Source: a bacterium (GTDB lineage Bacteria; SAR324; NAC60-12). From it: a stretch of 64,000 nt of DNA. Positions 19,834-29,631 of this stretch are shown in pieces (the stretch's first letter is position 1; every line of letters starts with the position of its first letter). The position numbers and the translations under genes were made by a program. Under the pieces are notes generated by a model. It did not search any database. It had not been told where the DNA came from and saw only the letters and a list, made by a program, of their open reading frames with translations. The stretch is from assembly GCA_965205865.1 (NCBI GenBank), contig CBDBHR010000028.1, positions 96,001 to 160,000 of the forward strand, given 5' to 3'.

Positions 19834-20868
19834 AACAAGGAGGAGCATGTGAAGCTTGTCCCGGACTTGATCCGGGGGATGCAAAGCCTGAGTGAGCAAC
19901 TCGAGCATGGATTTCCCCTGTTTTCTGCTAGTGGAAATGGGTTCGGATACAAAAAGCCTGCGTTCCTTCAGCAGTTCGCAAGCCGCCTGAGATTTTCTGT
20001 TTCAATTTGACCATGCGGATATCTCTCTCGGCTTGGTTGTTGTCAAAAGGAACTTGAAAGTCATGCATGAATAACAAGCTTTCCTTTTCATAGAGGATCA
20101 AACGATCGAGTAAATTTTTTGCTTTCGTCTGTTTGGGGCGTCCTCGTTTCTTTTTTTGAGGTTTTGCAGGATAGAGATCGAGTGCTTCTTGGCTGATGTC
20201 GTGGTAGCACTGCCGGAAGCGATCGAGTTGGCTTCGACATCCATTCCCGCTTTGCCGCGTTTGTCATGGATAAAATAAAAAGTCATCTGCTCCGTGGAGG
20301 CCGAGTGAAGCCAGCGACGTTGTTTGTTTTCAAAGAGGGAGATCAAACACCTGACGTTTAAGCGTGGACTCGACCGTCACCTTGGATAAGTCTTTTCCAC
20401 AGGCTTCACAGGTGCTGGCAATTCCACATGATCTGGCGATTCACTGAAAGCCAAATGATGGCCTTGATGACCGGCTTGAGCTCCCACGATATTGTTTAAT
20501 CTATCGTGTGGAAACCCTCCGCGAGAGCGACCCCTGTTTTTACCTGAACTTTTGCTCTTGCGACTTACATCGGTGGATGGTGGCTTACTCGATTTTTGGC
20601 TGTTGAGAGCCAGCCGATCTCGTAGTTGCTTATTTTCTGTCTCGAGAGCTTCAATACGTTTGAGGAGTTCTAAGCGCTCTTGCTTCCATTGCTCTCGTTC
20701 TTTTTCAAAGAGTTGACATGCCTCTTGAAGAGCCTCGAGGTGGGGAGTCGATGAAATGGAATCAATATATTTTTGAATTTTCGAGAGCATAAAATCCTTT
20801 CTGGATTTTATGCTATGCAAAATCCGTGCTTAAATCGATGGGCTCTCTGAAGATACCTGAATAGTTAC
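19834..20868 (-). mobile_element. IS66-family remnant, longest copy
   Basis: Left end CTGAATAGTTAC ending 20868; coiled coil plus NSQKSSKPPSTD..GAQAGHQGH, WLHSAST, HDKRG, and the same 3' segment as 575-848 and 5279-5670. Confidence 0.88.
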
Positions 20869-21311
20869 TTTGAAACTCAAGTGTCATTAAAGAATCTAGT
20901 TCCTCTTTATGAGTTGTATGTGTTTGCGTCAAGCAGTTTGAGATGGCCATTTTGAATGTAGCAAAACCCTCATAATATTTTGAGTAAAGGCATTTCTTTT
21001 TGACAAATTTCCAAAGCCTTTCAATCAGATTAAGGTTAGGAGAATACGAAGGCAAATACAAAAGTTCAATACCAAGAAATTCCGCCAATTCCCCAACCAT
21101 TTTACATTTTTGATAGCAGGCCTTATCGAGGACCAGAGTCATCGGAGTTTTCAAGTTCATGTGGTGTAATTTCCAAAGGAGATTACAAATACTTTGAGCG
21201 TTGATATAAGAATCATTGGTCACTGTAACAAGCTGATGAGTGATGGTGTCTATCGCTCCTAATACATTAAATCGTTTTCTGCCAGCGGGAGTTCTTATTT
21301 TGATTTTCCTA
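20869..21311 (-). mobile_element. IS630-family transposase fragment
   Basis: GRKRFNVLGAID..TLVLDKACYQKC..LLYLPSYSPNLNLIERLWKFVKK. Confidence 0.88.
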
Positions 21312-22736
21312 CTACCTAAGCTCAGGTGGCCTCAGATGCGCCCACGGCGCCGCCTGCTCGCATGCCGCGGCGGCCTGCAGGACCAGCGTATCGGCGTGCC
21401 AGCGGCCGACGATCTGCAGCGCCACCGGCAGCCCCTCGGTGGTGAATCCACACGGCACGCTGGCGGTTGGCTGTCCCGTCAGGTTGAACGGAAAGGTGAA
21501 CGGCAGCCGGTCGAACATCGACGGCGTTGGGGTGCCGTCGATGGAGCTTGGGCCGCGCTCTACCGACCACGCCGCCAGCGGCATTTGCGGGGTGAGCAGC
21601 AGGTCGTAAGTATCGAACAGGCGCCGCACCTGGTGGTAGAACTCGGTGCGCGCCAGCTGCGCCAAGCCCAACTGCACGGCGGAAACCCGCTGCCCGGCCT
21701 CGATCATTTCCACCAGGCTGGGCTCGAACCACTCGGGCCGCCGGGCGTAGCGCTCGGCGTTACGCGCCGCGAAGGAAACGTTCCAGGTCATGGCTGCGGC
21801 CTCGCGTTGGTCGTCCCAACCAGGGTTGACGGCCTCGACCTCGCAGCCGAAGTCGCTGAAAAGATCGGCTGCTGCAGTGGTCAGACGCCGCACCTCCGGG
21901 TCTACCGCGGCGTAGCCCAGGTCGACGCTCCAGGCGACGCGCAGCCCGCGTAGGGCTTCGAGCGGCTGTGCCACCGCGGCGGCGTAATCCTCGGGTGGGC
22001 TGTCGATGGTTGTGGGGTCGCGCGGGTCGGGTCCGGCCAGGGCGCCGAGAAAGAGGGCCGCGTCGGCGACCGTGCGGGTAAGCGGACCGTTGTGCGTGCG
22101 GGCTGCCCAGATGTCGGGATTGGGCCAGTATGGTACGCGCCCGAAGGATGGCTTGTGACCGAAGACGCCGCACAACGCGGCGGGAATGCGGATGGAGCCC
22201 GCGCCGTCCGAGCCGTGCGCCAAGGGTCCAAGTCCGGCGGCCACTGCCGCTGCGGCGCCGCCACTGGATGCGCCCGAGGTGCGGTCCAGCCTCCACGGAT
22301 TGCGGCACGGCGGACCAAGCAGGTTGTCGCACATGTCCTTGTGCCCGTAGTGCGACGTATTCGTCTTGCCGATCACGATACCGCCGGCGGCCTTGGCGTG
22401 TTCGGTCACCAGGCCGTCGCTGTCCGCGATGTTGTCGGCGAAGAATTTGGAGCCGAACGTGCAACGCAGGCCGGCGACCGGTTCCAGGTCTTTGATGGAT
22501 ACGGGCAAGCCGTACAAGGCGCCTGCCGACTCGCCCCGCATGATACCCGACTCCGCCGCTCGCGCCGCGTCGCGCGCCCGCTCACCGTCCACCGCCAGGT
22601 AGGCGTTGATATGCGGGTTAACCGCTTCGATGCGCTTCAGCACCGCGTCCATGATTTCCACCGGCGAGAGCCGCCGCTCCCGAATCGCCGCTGCCAACTC
22701 GGTGGCCGGCGTAAAACAAAGCTCCGTTGCATCCAT
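21312..22736 (-). CDS. Amidase-signature family enzyme (high GC)
   Basis: [39 protein letters not shown]. Confidence 0.92.
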   Translation of the reverse strand: MDATELCFTPATELAAAIRERRLSPVEIMDAVLKRIEAVNPHINAYLAVDGERARDAARAAESGIMRGESAGALYGLPVSIKDLEPVAGLRCTFGSKFFADNIADSDGLVTEHAKAAGGIVIGKTNTSHYGHKDMCDNLLGPPCRNPWRLDRTSGASSGGAAAAVAAGLGPLAHGSDGAGSIRIPAALCGVFGHKPSFGRVPYWPNPDIWAARTHNGPLTRTVADAALFLGALAGPDPRDPTTIDSPPEDYAAAVAQPLEALRGLRVAWSVDLGYAAVDPEVRRLTTAAADLFSDFGCEVEAVNPGWDDQREAAAMTWNVSFAARNAERYARRPEWFEPSLVEMIEAGQRVSAVQLGLAQLARTEFYHQVRRLFDTYDLLLTPQMPLAAWSVERGPSSIDGTPTPSMFDRLPFTFPFNLTGQPTASVPCGFTTEGLPVALQIVGRWHADTLVLQAAAACEQAAPWAHLRPPELR

Positions 22737-23010
22737 CGCGATCTCCCATCACGTCAAAGGAAATTGGAAAGAGAACAATCACGCATTCTGTTTGATCTGA
22801 ATTGTTTTCACGAGAACCTCCTACATGTCAGCCAATGCCTTCTGAATCGCTTTCAACTCAGCATCATTGATACCCCACATTCCGGCGGTCACCCAATGAC
22901 CTGATGATTGCTGCCACAGCAAAAGTTCATAACCTAATTGTCGTAACCCATAACATTGATGAATTTAGCTGTGTTGAAGGATTGCGAGCAGAAGATTGGG
23001 AGTAAAATTG

Positions 23011-23380
23011 TCACTTCCATATAGCTTCAATCCCATTTTTTCCCAGGAATTCAACAGCCATTTGTTCGATACAAGTCTCTTTGTATTTTTCAAAGGTATT
23101 GGGAATTTCGTAACTGTCATAGCTCTCCAGGATTGTCTTCCGCCATCTTCCAATAGAACAACCCACGCCATAGTAGACATCCTGGACTCTATTTTTCAGT
23201 TCTTCGTTGTCCGTCCAATCGGAATTGAGAAATTCCTGAAGAATCTTGTGATGTTCATTATGAGTCAGTCCAGGAATTTCAAGACAATCATTTGGATAAG
23301 ATTCAACCTTCATGCGAAGTTCTTGATTTTCTTCTTCAGGGATTCCTGTTTCCATATTGGCATCCCAATCATCGATTAGA
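23011..23380 (-). pseudogene. UPF0158-like protein, 5'-truncated
   Basis: Acidic region then CLEIP..HKILQEFL..SIGRWR..AVEFLGKNGIE; upstream part replaced by the REP-like element. Confidence 0.5.
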
Positions 23381-23390
23381 GGTAGAATCT

Positions 23391-23461
23391 GGTAGGGCCA
23401 GGTTACGCCCCGGCCTCTGCAAGCCGTGCGTTTCAAGGCCGGGACGTAACCCGGCCCTACC
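23391..23461. repeat. GTAG-type REP doublet (REPIN-like)
   Basis: GGTAGGGCCAGGTTACGCCCCGGCC and inverted copy GGCCGGGACGTAACCCGGCCCTACC. Confidence 0.8.
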
Positions 23462-23514
23462 GTTCTATTAATTCACTGTTATTATTGATGTTTCCCCTTG
23501 TATTAGTGCCATTC

Positions 23515-23548
23515 GGGACAGATTTATTTTATAAAATCAATCTGTCTC
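23515..23548. repeat. Palindrome GGGACAGATTTATTTTA/TAAAATCAATCTGTCTC
   Basis: Imperfect inverted repeat downstream of the AKR stop, followed by a pyrimidine run. Confidence 0.65.
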
Positions 23549-23581
23549 TTTTCCCCCCTTTTTTTTGACCCTTACATATTG

Positions 23582-24670
23582 TCAAGACGTGCTTACTGTC
23601 AGCGCGCTTGACACAGGGTCCCAATAATAAGGGTAATCTTGATTTAAGGAATCAATTATCGTCATATCAGAGGCACTCAATTCAAAGTCAAAAATCGCCA
23701 GGTTTTCAGTGATATGATCTCGTGATTTAGACCTTGGAATCGGTATTACGCTATTCTGCAACATCCATCTCTCCACGATTTGAATATATGCTTTACTCAT
23801 CTTGCTGGCAATCAGTTCAATCTCCGGATGTTTGTAAAGGGTACAAGCAAGCCCAATTCCGTATCCAATCAACACAACTCCTAGTTCCATCGCAACAGAA
23901 CGTAAATCGGGCGATGCAAACATGGGATGAAATTCTATTTCATTCACTGCAGGCATCACTTCCGCGTAATTCATCATTTCCAGCAACATATTCGCTGGAT
24001 AGTTTGATACCCCGATATATTTGCATTTACCGGCTTTTTGGGCCATTTCCAATGTTTTCCATGACTCTTTTCGGATAGCTAGCGCCCTTGCCAGATCACT
24101 TTCGAGTTTAACTCTGTCCTGCTTGTGTTTCATTAAGATAGGTCTCAATATTTCACCATCCGGGAACTTCATGCTCAAAGCAGATTTCCCACCAGAATGA
24201 TTGCCTAACTCGAAATGATGAGGCAAGGTTGCCGCATTGTACTCCACCGCACTGGTCGTAGGATTATGGAGTAAACACAAGTCAATCTGATCAACCCCTA
24301 ATTTTTGCAGACACAAGTCAATTGATGCCTCTTCCCTGCCTTTCAAATTGTTTTTGTTGAGCATCCATAAATTGTCTGAATCCGAGGGAAAGAATCCAAC
24401 TTTGCTTGTAATCCAGATTTCTTCCCTGGGGATTGAACTCTTGAGTATTGCTTCACCCACTTCTACTTGATTACCATATAGTAGGGCGGTATCAATCATA
24501 CGATAGCCAGCATTCAACGCATTCGTCACAGCTTCAATACAAACATCGCCATGCAATGAGGCTGTACCAAATCCCACTGTAGGGATCTGCCCTTGCTGTC
24601 CAGCTACATGAAATGAATATTGTGGACTGGTAAATCCTGACATCATAGCTTTTCTTGGTTTAGATCTCAT
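23582..24670 (-). CDS. Aldo/keto reductase with a large internal insertion
   Basis: GFGT, IDTALLYGNQ, ITSK, DLCLLHNP, IGVSNY, VIPIPRSK. Confidence 0.9.
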   Translation of the reverse strand: MRSKPRKAMMSGFTSPQYSFHVAGQQGQIPTVGFGTASLHGDVCIEAVTNALNAGYRMIDTALLYGNQVEVGEAILKSSIPREEIWITSKVGFFPSDSDNLWMLNKNNLKGREEASIDLCLQKLGVDQIDLCLLHNPTTSAVEYNAATLPHHFELGNHSGGKSALSMKFPDGEILRPILMKHKQDRVKLESDLARALAIRKESWKTLEMAQKAGKCKYIGVSNYPANMLLEMMNYAEVMPAVNEIEFHPMFASPDLRSVAMELGVVLIGYGIGLACTLYKHPEIELIASKMSKAYIQIVERWMLQNSVIPIPRSKSRDHITENLAIFDFELSASDMTIIDSLNQDYPYYWDPVSSALTVSTS

Positions 24671-24879
24671 GTCGCCTTTTTAAGATATAAGGTTTGATTA
24701 CCACCTAGTGTTTCGCTGAAACAGGTCTATCATTTATTCCCTGAAGTTACTACGTAAAACAGACAGTCTCCAAGGGTTGTGATAATAATGAAGTTTCACA
24801 AAAACAAACAAATCTTTTTAAGGAGACTATCATGGAAAAAATTAACATTGAATTTTTATCAGGCCATTTCGGCATGAAC

Positions 24880-25091
24880 CAAAAAATGAGGAGTTCTATT
24901 TGCTCTTGCTGTCATTGCTTACGTTCTTTTTCAAAGAGTAGACAGGCTTCTTGAAGAGCCTCGAGGTGGGGAGTCGGTGAAATGATCAATAAATTTTTTA
25001 ACTTTCGAAGCATCAAATCCTTTCCGGATTTTATGCTGAGAAAAATGCGTGCTTAAATCGAAGAGATCTCTAAAGAAACCCGAATAGTTAC
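24880..25091 (-). mobile_element. IS66 left-end remnant marking the island boundary
   Basis: CCGAATAGTTAC ending 25091; matches about 20650-20868 (CTTGAAGAGCCTCGAGGTGGGGAGTCG). Confidence 0.8.
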
Positions 25092-25121
25092 CCTGAAACA
25101 AAGGAAGCTACTGCCAAGAAA

Positions 25122-26048
25122 ATGTCAGAAAAAAAAATTCCTGGAATCATCGCCATTGTTGGTCCGACTGGTAGTGGAAAAAGTGCTTTGGCTCTTTGTC
25201 TGGCACAAACGTTGGGAGGAGAAATTATCTGCGCTGATTCCATGCAGGTTTATCAAAAATTGAATATTGGTACTGCCAAACCGACGGCTGCCGAACAAGC
25301 CTCAGTGCGGCATCACCAGTTGGATCTCATTGAACCGGATGGGCATTATTCCGCAGGACGGTATGAAAAGGATGCTGACGTCGTCATTGCAAAACTTCAT
25401 CAGCAGCGCAAACCCGTTATTTTGGTGGGAGGAACTTCCCTTTATTTTCGTTGCGCTATCTTTGGAATTTGTCCCATTCCCGATATTTCTCCTCAAATCA
25501 GGGAAAAAGTTCGGCACTGGTACAATCAGGGGTTGTCTTATTGCTACCACAAACTTCAACAGTTGGATCCTGCCAGCGCCTCTAAACTACACCCGAATGA
25601 CAGGGCTCGTATCTTAAGAGCTTTGGAAGTGCAACTCCATACGGGCAAATCGATCCAAGTCTACCAACGCGAACATGGCTTCAAAAACAAAAAATATTCC
25701 GTGTTTTCCGTGGGATACCGGTATGAAAGGGAGCGGTTATACCATTTGATCAATCAAAGGACTCTTGCCATGCTGGAAGCAGGTTTTGTGGAGGAAGCGC
25801 GCTCCCTGCTAGCGGAATATCCTTCGAATCTTCGTTGCTTGCAGAGTATAGGTTATCACCAAATTATACGTTTCCTCGACAATCGTTTGACGGAGGAAGA
25901 AATGGTAGCGGAAATTCAACAGAAAACCCGGAATTACGCCAAGCGTCAATTGAGCTGGCTTCGGAAAGACACGAGCATTCACTGGTTTTCTGCAAAAGAA
26001 CAAGCCCGAATCTTACAGACAGTGCGGAATTTTTTACAAAACCACTGA
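25122..26048 (+). CDS. miaA: tRNA dimethylallyltransferase
   Basis: GPTGSGKS, ADSMQVY, IGTAKP, TRNYAKRQ. Confidence 0.96.
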   Translation: MSEKKIPGIIAIVGPTGSGKSALALCLAQTLGGEIICADSMQVYQKLNIGTAKPTAAEQASVRHHQLDLIEPDGHYSAGRYEKDADVVIAKLHQQRKPVILVGGTSLYFRCAIFGICPIPDISPQIREKVRHWYNQGLSYCYHKLQQLDPASASKLHPNDRARILRALEVQLHTGKSIQVYQREHGFKNKKYSVFSVGYRYERERLYHLINQRTLAMLEAGFVEEARSLLAEYPSNLRCLQSIGYHQIIRFLDNRLTEEEMVAEIQQKTRNYAKRQLSWLRKDTSIHWFSAKEQARILQTVRNFLQNH

Positions 26049-26163
26049 TTTCCTTCTCTTTGAGACCTACGAAACCCCTTGTGATTTCGGACGATAAAAG
26101 TAATGCTCATTGACGAATCGTAGTGCCCAAATCTAAACGCGAATTGCGAACTGAGAACGTAAC

Positions 26164-26470
26164 ATGACTGAAAAAAAGAAGGGAAAACTGAGAAGCCGTC
26201 AGTGGTTCGATGATTCCGGAGAAGCAGGCTCGACTGCATTGCAGGTTGAACGCCATACCAATTTTTGAATCACAGCCAAAGAATTACGCTCCGGGAAACC
26301 ATTGATTTAGAGATTCCTCTCCTTGGCAAAACTATTGCGGAAAACATGGCCAACACACCCTCGCGCAACGAAGCGGTGATCCGATGCTACCATAAACCTT
26401 TGAAGGAGAATGAGGGATTTATCGTGCTCAAAGGCAACCTCTTTGATGCTGGTATAATGAAAACCTCGGA
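26164..26470 (+). pseudogene. IlvD/Edd-family sugar-acid dehydratase remnant
   Basis: N-terminus LRSRQWFDD..TALQVER joined by a large deletion to GKTIAEN..KPLKENEGFIVLKGNLFDAGIMKTS. Confidence 0.7.
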
Positions 26471-26488
26471 CCCGGGAAAGACTGCAAT

Positions 26489-27457
26489 ATGAATGTCTAT
26501 ATTGCTGCCATTGATGTGGGGAGTAATGCAGTGAGGATGACTTTGGGAAATTGCCAACAGTCCGCCCAAACCGAGGTTTCGCTGAATCTGATAAAGTCTT
26601 GGCGTAGTTTTTTACGATTGGGAGAAGATGTTTTCCAATTCGGTCACATAACGACAAGCAGTCTGGAAATATTGACGGATATTTTGAAGCGATATGTCAA
26701 CGAGTTGCGGGCCTATCCCAACGTGTCTATTTTCATTGCTGCAACGAGTGCAATGCGTGCGGCAAAAAACCGGCAGGAAGCTCTCCGGCATGCGCAGAAA
26801 CATGCTGGTATTAAAATCAAAATCTTGTCTGGTATTGATGAAGCCGACTGTATGCTCAACGCCTTGCGCAATATGATGGCATGGCGTTCCCTGGATGCGG
26901 GAATTAAACGATTCCTCCTGGCAGACTTGGGAGGAGGCAGCTTGGAAATTTCCGTTGTGGAAGCCTCCCTGCTTCTTTACCGGAAAAGTTTGGATTATGG
27001 CGCTCTGCGTCTGGCGAAGTTGAGTTCAAATGCTCAGAAGGCGGCCTTGAAAACTCTGTATCGGGAGATCCGGGAAATTAGAAAATACTTTGCGGAGCAC
27101 CGAATCAATATTCCGTTTCGATTGGTTTTGACAGGAGGGAGCGCCAAAGTGATGGCTCGTTTGATCCATCAGAGACAACACCCCGGAAGCCCCCTTCCGT
27201 CTCTGCTCACCATCTCTTGGGAACAATTCATGGAAACCAGGATTGCAGTTCTTAATCAGGCGACTGATCATTATGGGTCGTCTCTCGAAATCCGATCAGA
27301 TCAAGCAGAAACGTTTAACCCTGCACTTCACGTTTTTGAACAGTTGGGTAATATCGTTGGTTGTGAAGAAATTTCAATACCATTCATAGGGTTGAAAGAA
27401 GGTTTGTTACTGCAACGAGCTCAAAGGATTTTCCCTCAATGCTCCTTATTGTTGTGA
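26489..27457 (+). CDS. ppx: Ppx/GppA phosphatase family protein
   Basis: AAIDVGSNAVR, ATSAMR, ILSGIDEA, DLGGGSLE, GLKEG. Confidence 0.88.
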   Translation: MNVYIAAIDVGSNAVRMTLGNCQQSAQTEVSLNLIKSWRSFLRLGEDVFQFGHITTSSLEILTDILKRYVNELRAYPNVSIFIAATSAMRAAKNRQEALRHAQKHAGIKIKILSGIDEADCMLNALRNMMAWRSLDAGIKRFLLADLGGGSLEISVVEASLLLYRKSLDYGALRLAKLSSNAQKAALKTLYREIREIRKYFAEHRINIPFRLVLTGGSAKVMARLIHQRQHPGSPLPSLLTISWEQFMETRIAVLNQATDHYGSSLEIRSDQAETFNPALHVFEQLGNIVGCEEISIPFIGLKEGLLLQRAQRIFPQCSLLL

Positions 27458-28144
27458 ATGATAATGTTGGCATTCACTCGACAGTTGGGGATATTGATCT
27501 GGAAGGATGTGGTTATTGACATTCGCAGGAAAGAAAATTTTCTTTCCATGTTTTTATTTTCGCTCTTAACTCTCATCATTTTCAATTTTGCTCTCGGAGA
27601 TGATCCGAAATTTTTCCGTTTGATGATCCCCGGGATCATTTGGGTAGTATTTTTACTGGCAGGTATTTTGGGATTGAGTAAAACTTTTATTCAGGAAGTG
27701 GAAAACGGGTGCATGACAGGTTTGCTCATGGCTCCCATTGACCGAGGCCAATTGTTTTTGGGGAAAATGTTGAGCACGACCCTTTTTCTGTCACTGGTTC
27801 AGCTGCTAATCGTTCCCATGTTTATCGTTTTTTTTGATCTGACATTGGCCCGCGAATGGTGGATGCTGGTATTGGTGATGCTATCAGGCACCTTAGGCTT
27901 CACTTCCCTGGGGACATTGTTGGCCGCCATGACTGCAAGCCTGCGGGGGCGGGAAGTGCTCCTCCCTATCCTGTTATTTCCACTGATGACTCCTAATCTG
28001 ATCAGTGTGGTTCACATCACCGAGTATATATTTTTTGGAGGACAATGGGAAGAAGTATGGTCCTGGTGGAAGCTACTGATTATATTTGATGTGATTGTGG
28101 GGACTGTTTCCTATCTCAGTTTCGAATTTGTTCTGGAGGAATGA
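27458..28144 (+). CDS. ccmB: Heme exporter protein B
   Basis: WKD, PGIIWV, EVENG, LFLGK, REVLLPILLFPL. Confidence 0.9.
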   Translation: MIMLAFTRQLGILIWKDVVIDIRRKENFLSMFLFSLLTLIIFNFALGDDPKFFRLMIPGIIWVVFLLAGILGLSKTFIQEVENGCMTGLLMAPIDRGQLFLGKMLSTTLFLSLVQLLIVPMFIVFFDLTLAREWWMLVLVMLSGTLGFTSLGTLLAAMTASLRGREVLLPILLFPLMTPNLISVVHITEYIFFGGQWEEVWSWWKLLIIFDVIVGTVSYLSFEFVLEE

Positions 28145-28240
28145 GCTAAAAGAAAACAATTAAGGATTTGGACTTTGAATGCCTAGTATCGTAAGGTAAA
28201 AGTATGGACATGTTTTTCTCCTTCTGGCTATTCGTAGCGT

Positions 28241-28305
28241 TGTCATTCCGGGCGAAGACCCGGAATCCAGAGATACCCTGGATTCCCGCCTTCGCGAGAA
28301 TGACA
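28241..28305. repeat. dRS3/RPE-like palindromic element, copy 2
   Basis: TGTCATTCCGGGCGAAGACCCGGAATCCAG ... CTGGATTCCCGCCTTCGCGAGAATGACA. Confidence 0.85.
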
Positions 28306-28548
28306 CAGAGGGTGTGTACGGACTTTCGCCACAGTGTACTAGCATAACCAGACTGGAACGCGCAGCATATTGAGGACGCTGAAGAACAAAGACGAAAAAC
28401 AGTTTTAAAAATGGACTTATGATGGTAATTTCTATGATATAGTGCTATCTGCCAAAGATGAGAACTGCAAAAGCAGGAAATTTAATTGTTGATCAGAGGA
28501 ATGAGTCTTCATTCAAAAAAAATCAATCACCCAAATTAAGTTATTGAT

Positions 28549-29541
28549 ATGAAAGCAATTATTGTTCCTGAATTTGGAGATGCCGATGTGTTGCAAGTGG
28601 CAAAGGTTCCTGCTCCTCGTCCCGGATCAAATGATCTCCTCGTCAATGTTCATTCAGCCGGAATCAACCGTGCGGATATCCTACAAAGGCGCGGCCATTA
28701 TCCACCACCACCGGGCGCCTCGGAAATTCTGGGATTGGAAATTGCAGGTATTGTGGAGGAAACAGGGTCGCAGGTATTGGATTTTCAAAAAGGGGACCGG
28801 GTTTTTGGTCTTATTGGTGGTGGGGGCTATGCGGAACAGGCGGTGTTGGATTATCGACTGGCTATGCCCATTCCCGAAACCTGGGACTTTAGCATGGCGG
28901 CAGGAGTTTCTGAGGCTTTTTTTACTGCCAATGAAAACCTGTTCACGATGGGGGAGTTGGTTCCTGATGAAACTGTTTTAATTCATGCGGGAGGCAGCGG
29001 TGTGGGCAGTGCAGAAACGCAGATGGCTCATTTGATAGGAGCAAGAGTTTTCATCACGGCAGGTTCACAAAAAAAAATTGAATCCAGCTTGAAATTGGGA
29101 AGTGTTGCCGGAGTGAATTATAAAACTCAGGATTTTGTAGAAGAGGTCACACGGTTAACCGCAGGACAAGGCGTCAATCTCGTACAGGATTTTGTGGGGG
29201 CAGCATATTTGAATCGAAATTTACAGGTTTTACGACATCAAGGCCGATTGGCGTTGATTGGTCTGCTCGGAGGAGCGCAGGCAGAAATTAATCTGGCGAC
29301 TGTGATGTCGAAACGTCTTCGCATTTTTGGTTCAACATTACGCAGCCTTCCGATTGGAGAAAAAATTGCAATCAAAGAACGCTTTGAAAAAAATTGGTTC
29401 CCCCGATTGATCGACGGCAAGGTTCGTCCCATTATTGATCATGTTTTCCCATTGGAACAAGCTGCCGATGCGCATAAATATATGGAAGCGAGCGAGCATT
29501 TTGGGAAAATTATCTTAACCGTCACGCCTGCGCACCGCTGA
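28549..29541 (+). CDS. NAD(P)H-quinone oxidoreductase, PIG3 family
   Basis: GINRAD, YPPPPGASEILGLE, HAGGSGVG, GSTLR. Confidence 0.92.
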   Translation: MKAIIVPEFGDADVLQVAKVPAPRPGSNDLLVNVHSAGINRADILQRRGHYPPPPGASEILGLEIAGIVEETGSQVLDFQKGDRVFGLIGGGGYAEQAVLDYRLAMPIPETWDFSMAAGVSEAFFTANENLFTMGELVPDETVLIHAGGSGVGSAETQMAHLIGARVFITAGSQKKIESSLKLGSVAGVNYKTQDFVEEVTRLTAGQGVNLVQDFVGAAYLNRNLQVLRHQGRLALIGLLGGAQAEINLATVMSKRLRIFGSTLRSLPIGEKIAIKERFEKNWFPRLIDGKVRPIIDHVFPLEQAADAHKYMEASEHFGKIILTVTPAHR

Positions 29542-29631
29542 TCTTCCATGTTCTGCCTTTTCAACTGAAAAGTCGGGCAAAGATTGGCTATTTTGACAGG
29601 TGTTGATTATTCAATACGAAATAGTGTAAAG

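Noticed and set aside
21240-22904. Long alternative-frame and antisense ORFs over the amidase (also over the SDR and permeases)
   Set aside because: Expected shadow ORFs in GC-rich coding DNA; no recognisable motifs
24756-24880. Possible left end of another IS (GACAGTCTCC/GGAGACTATC hairpin over an RBS, ORF stub MEKINIEFL)
   Set aside because: Too short to assign a family or terminal repeat
1-25091. Diversity-generating retroelement or retron
   Set aside because: No reverse transcriptase ORF and no adenine-specific TR/VR pair seen; paralog differences affect all bases
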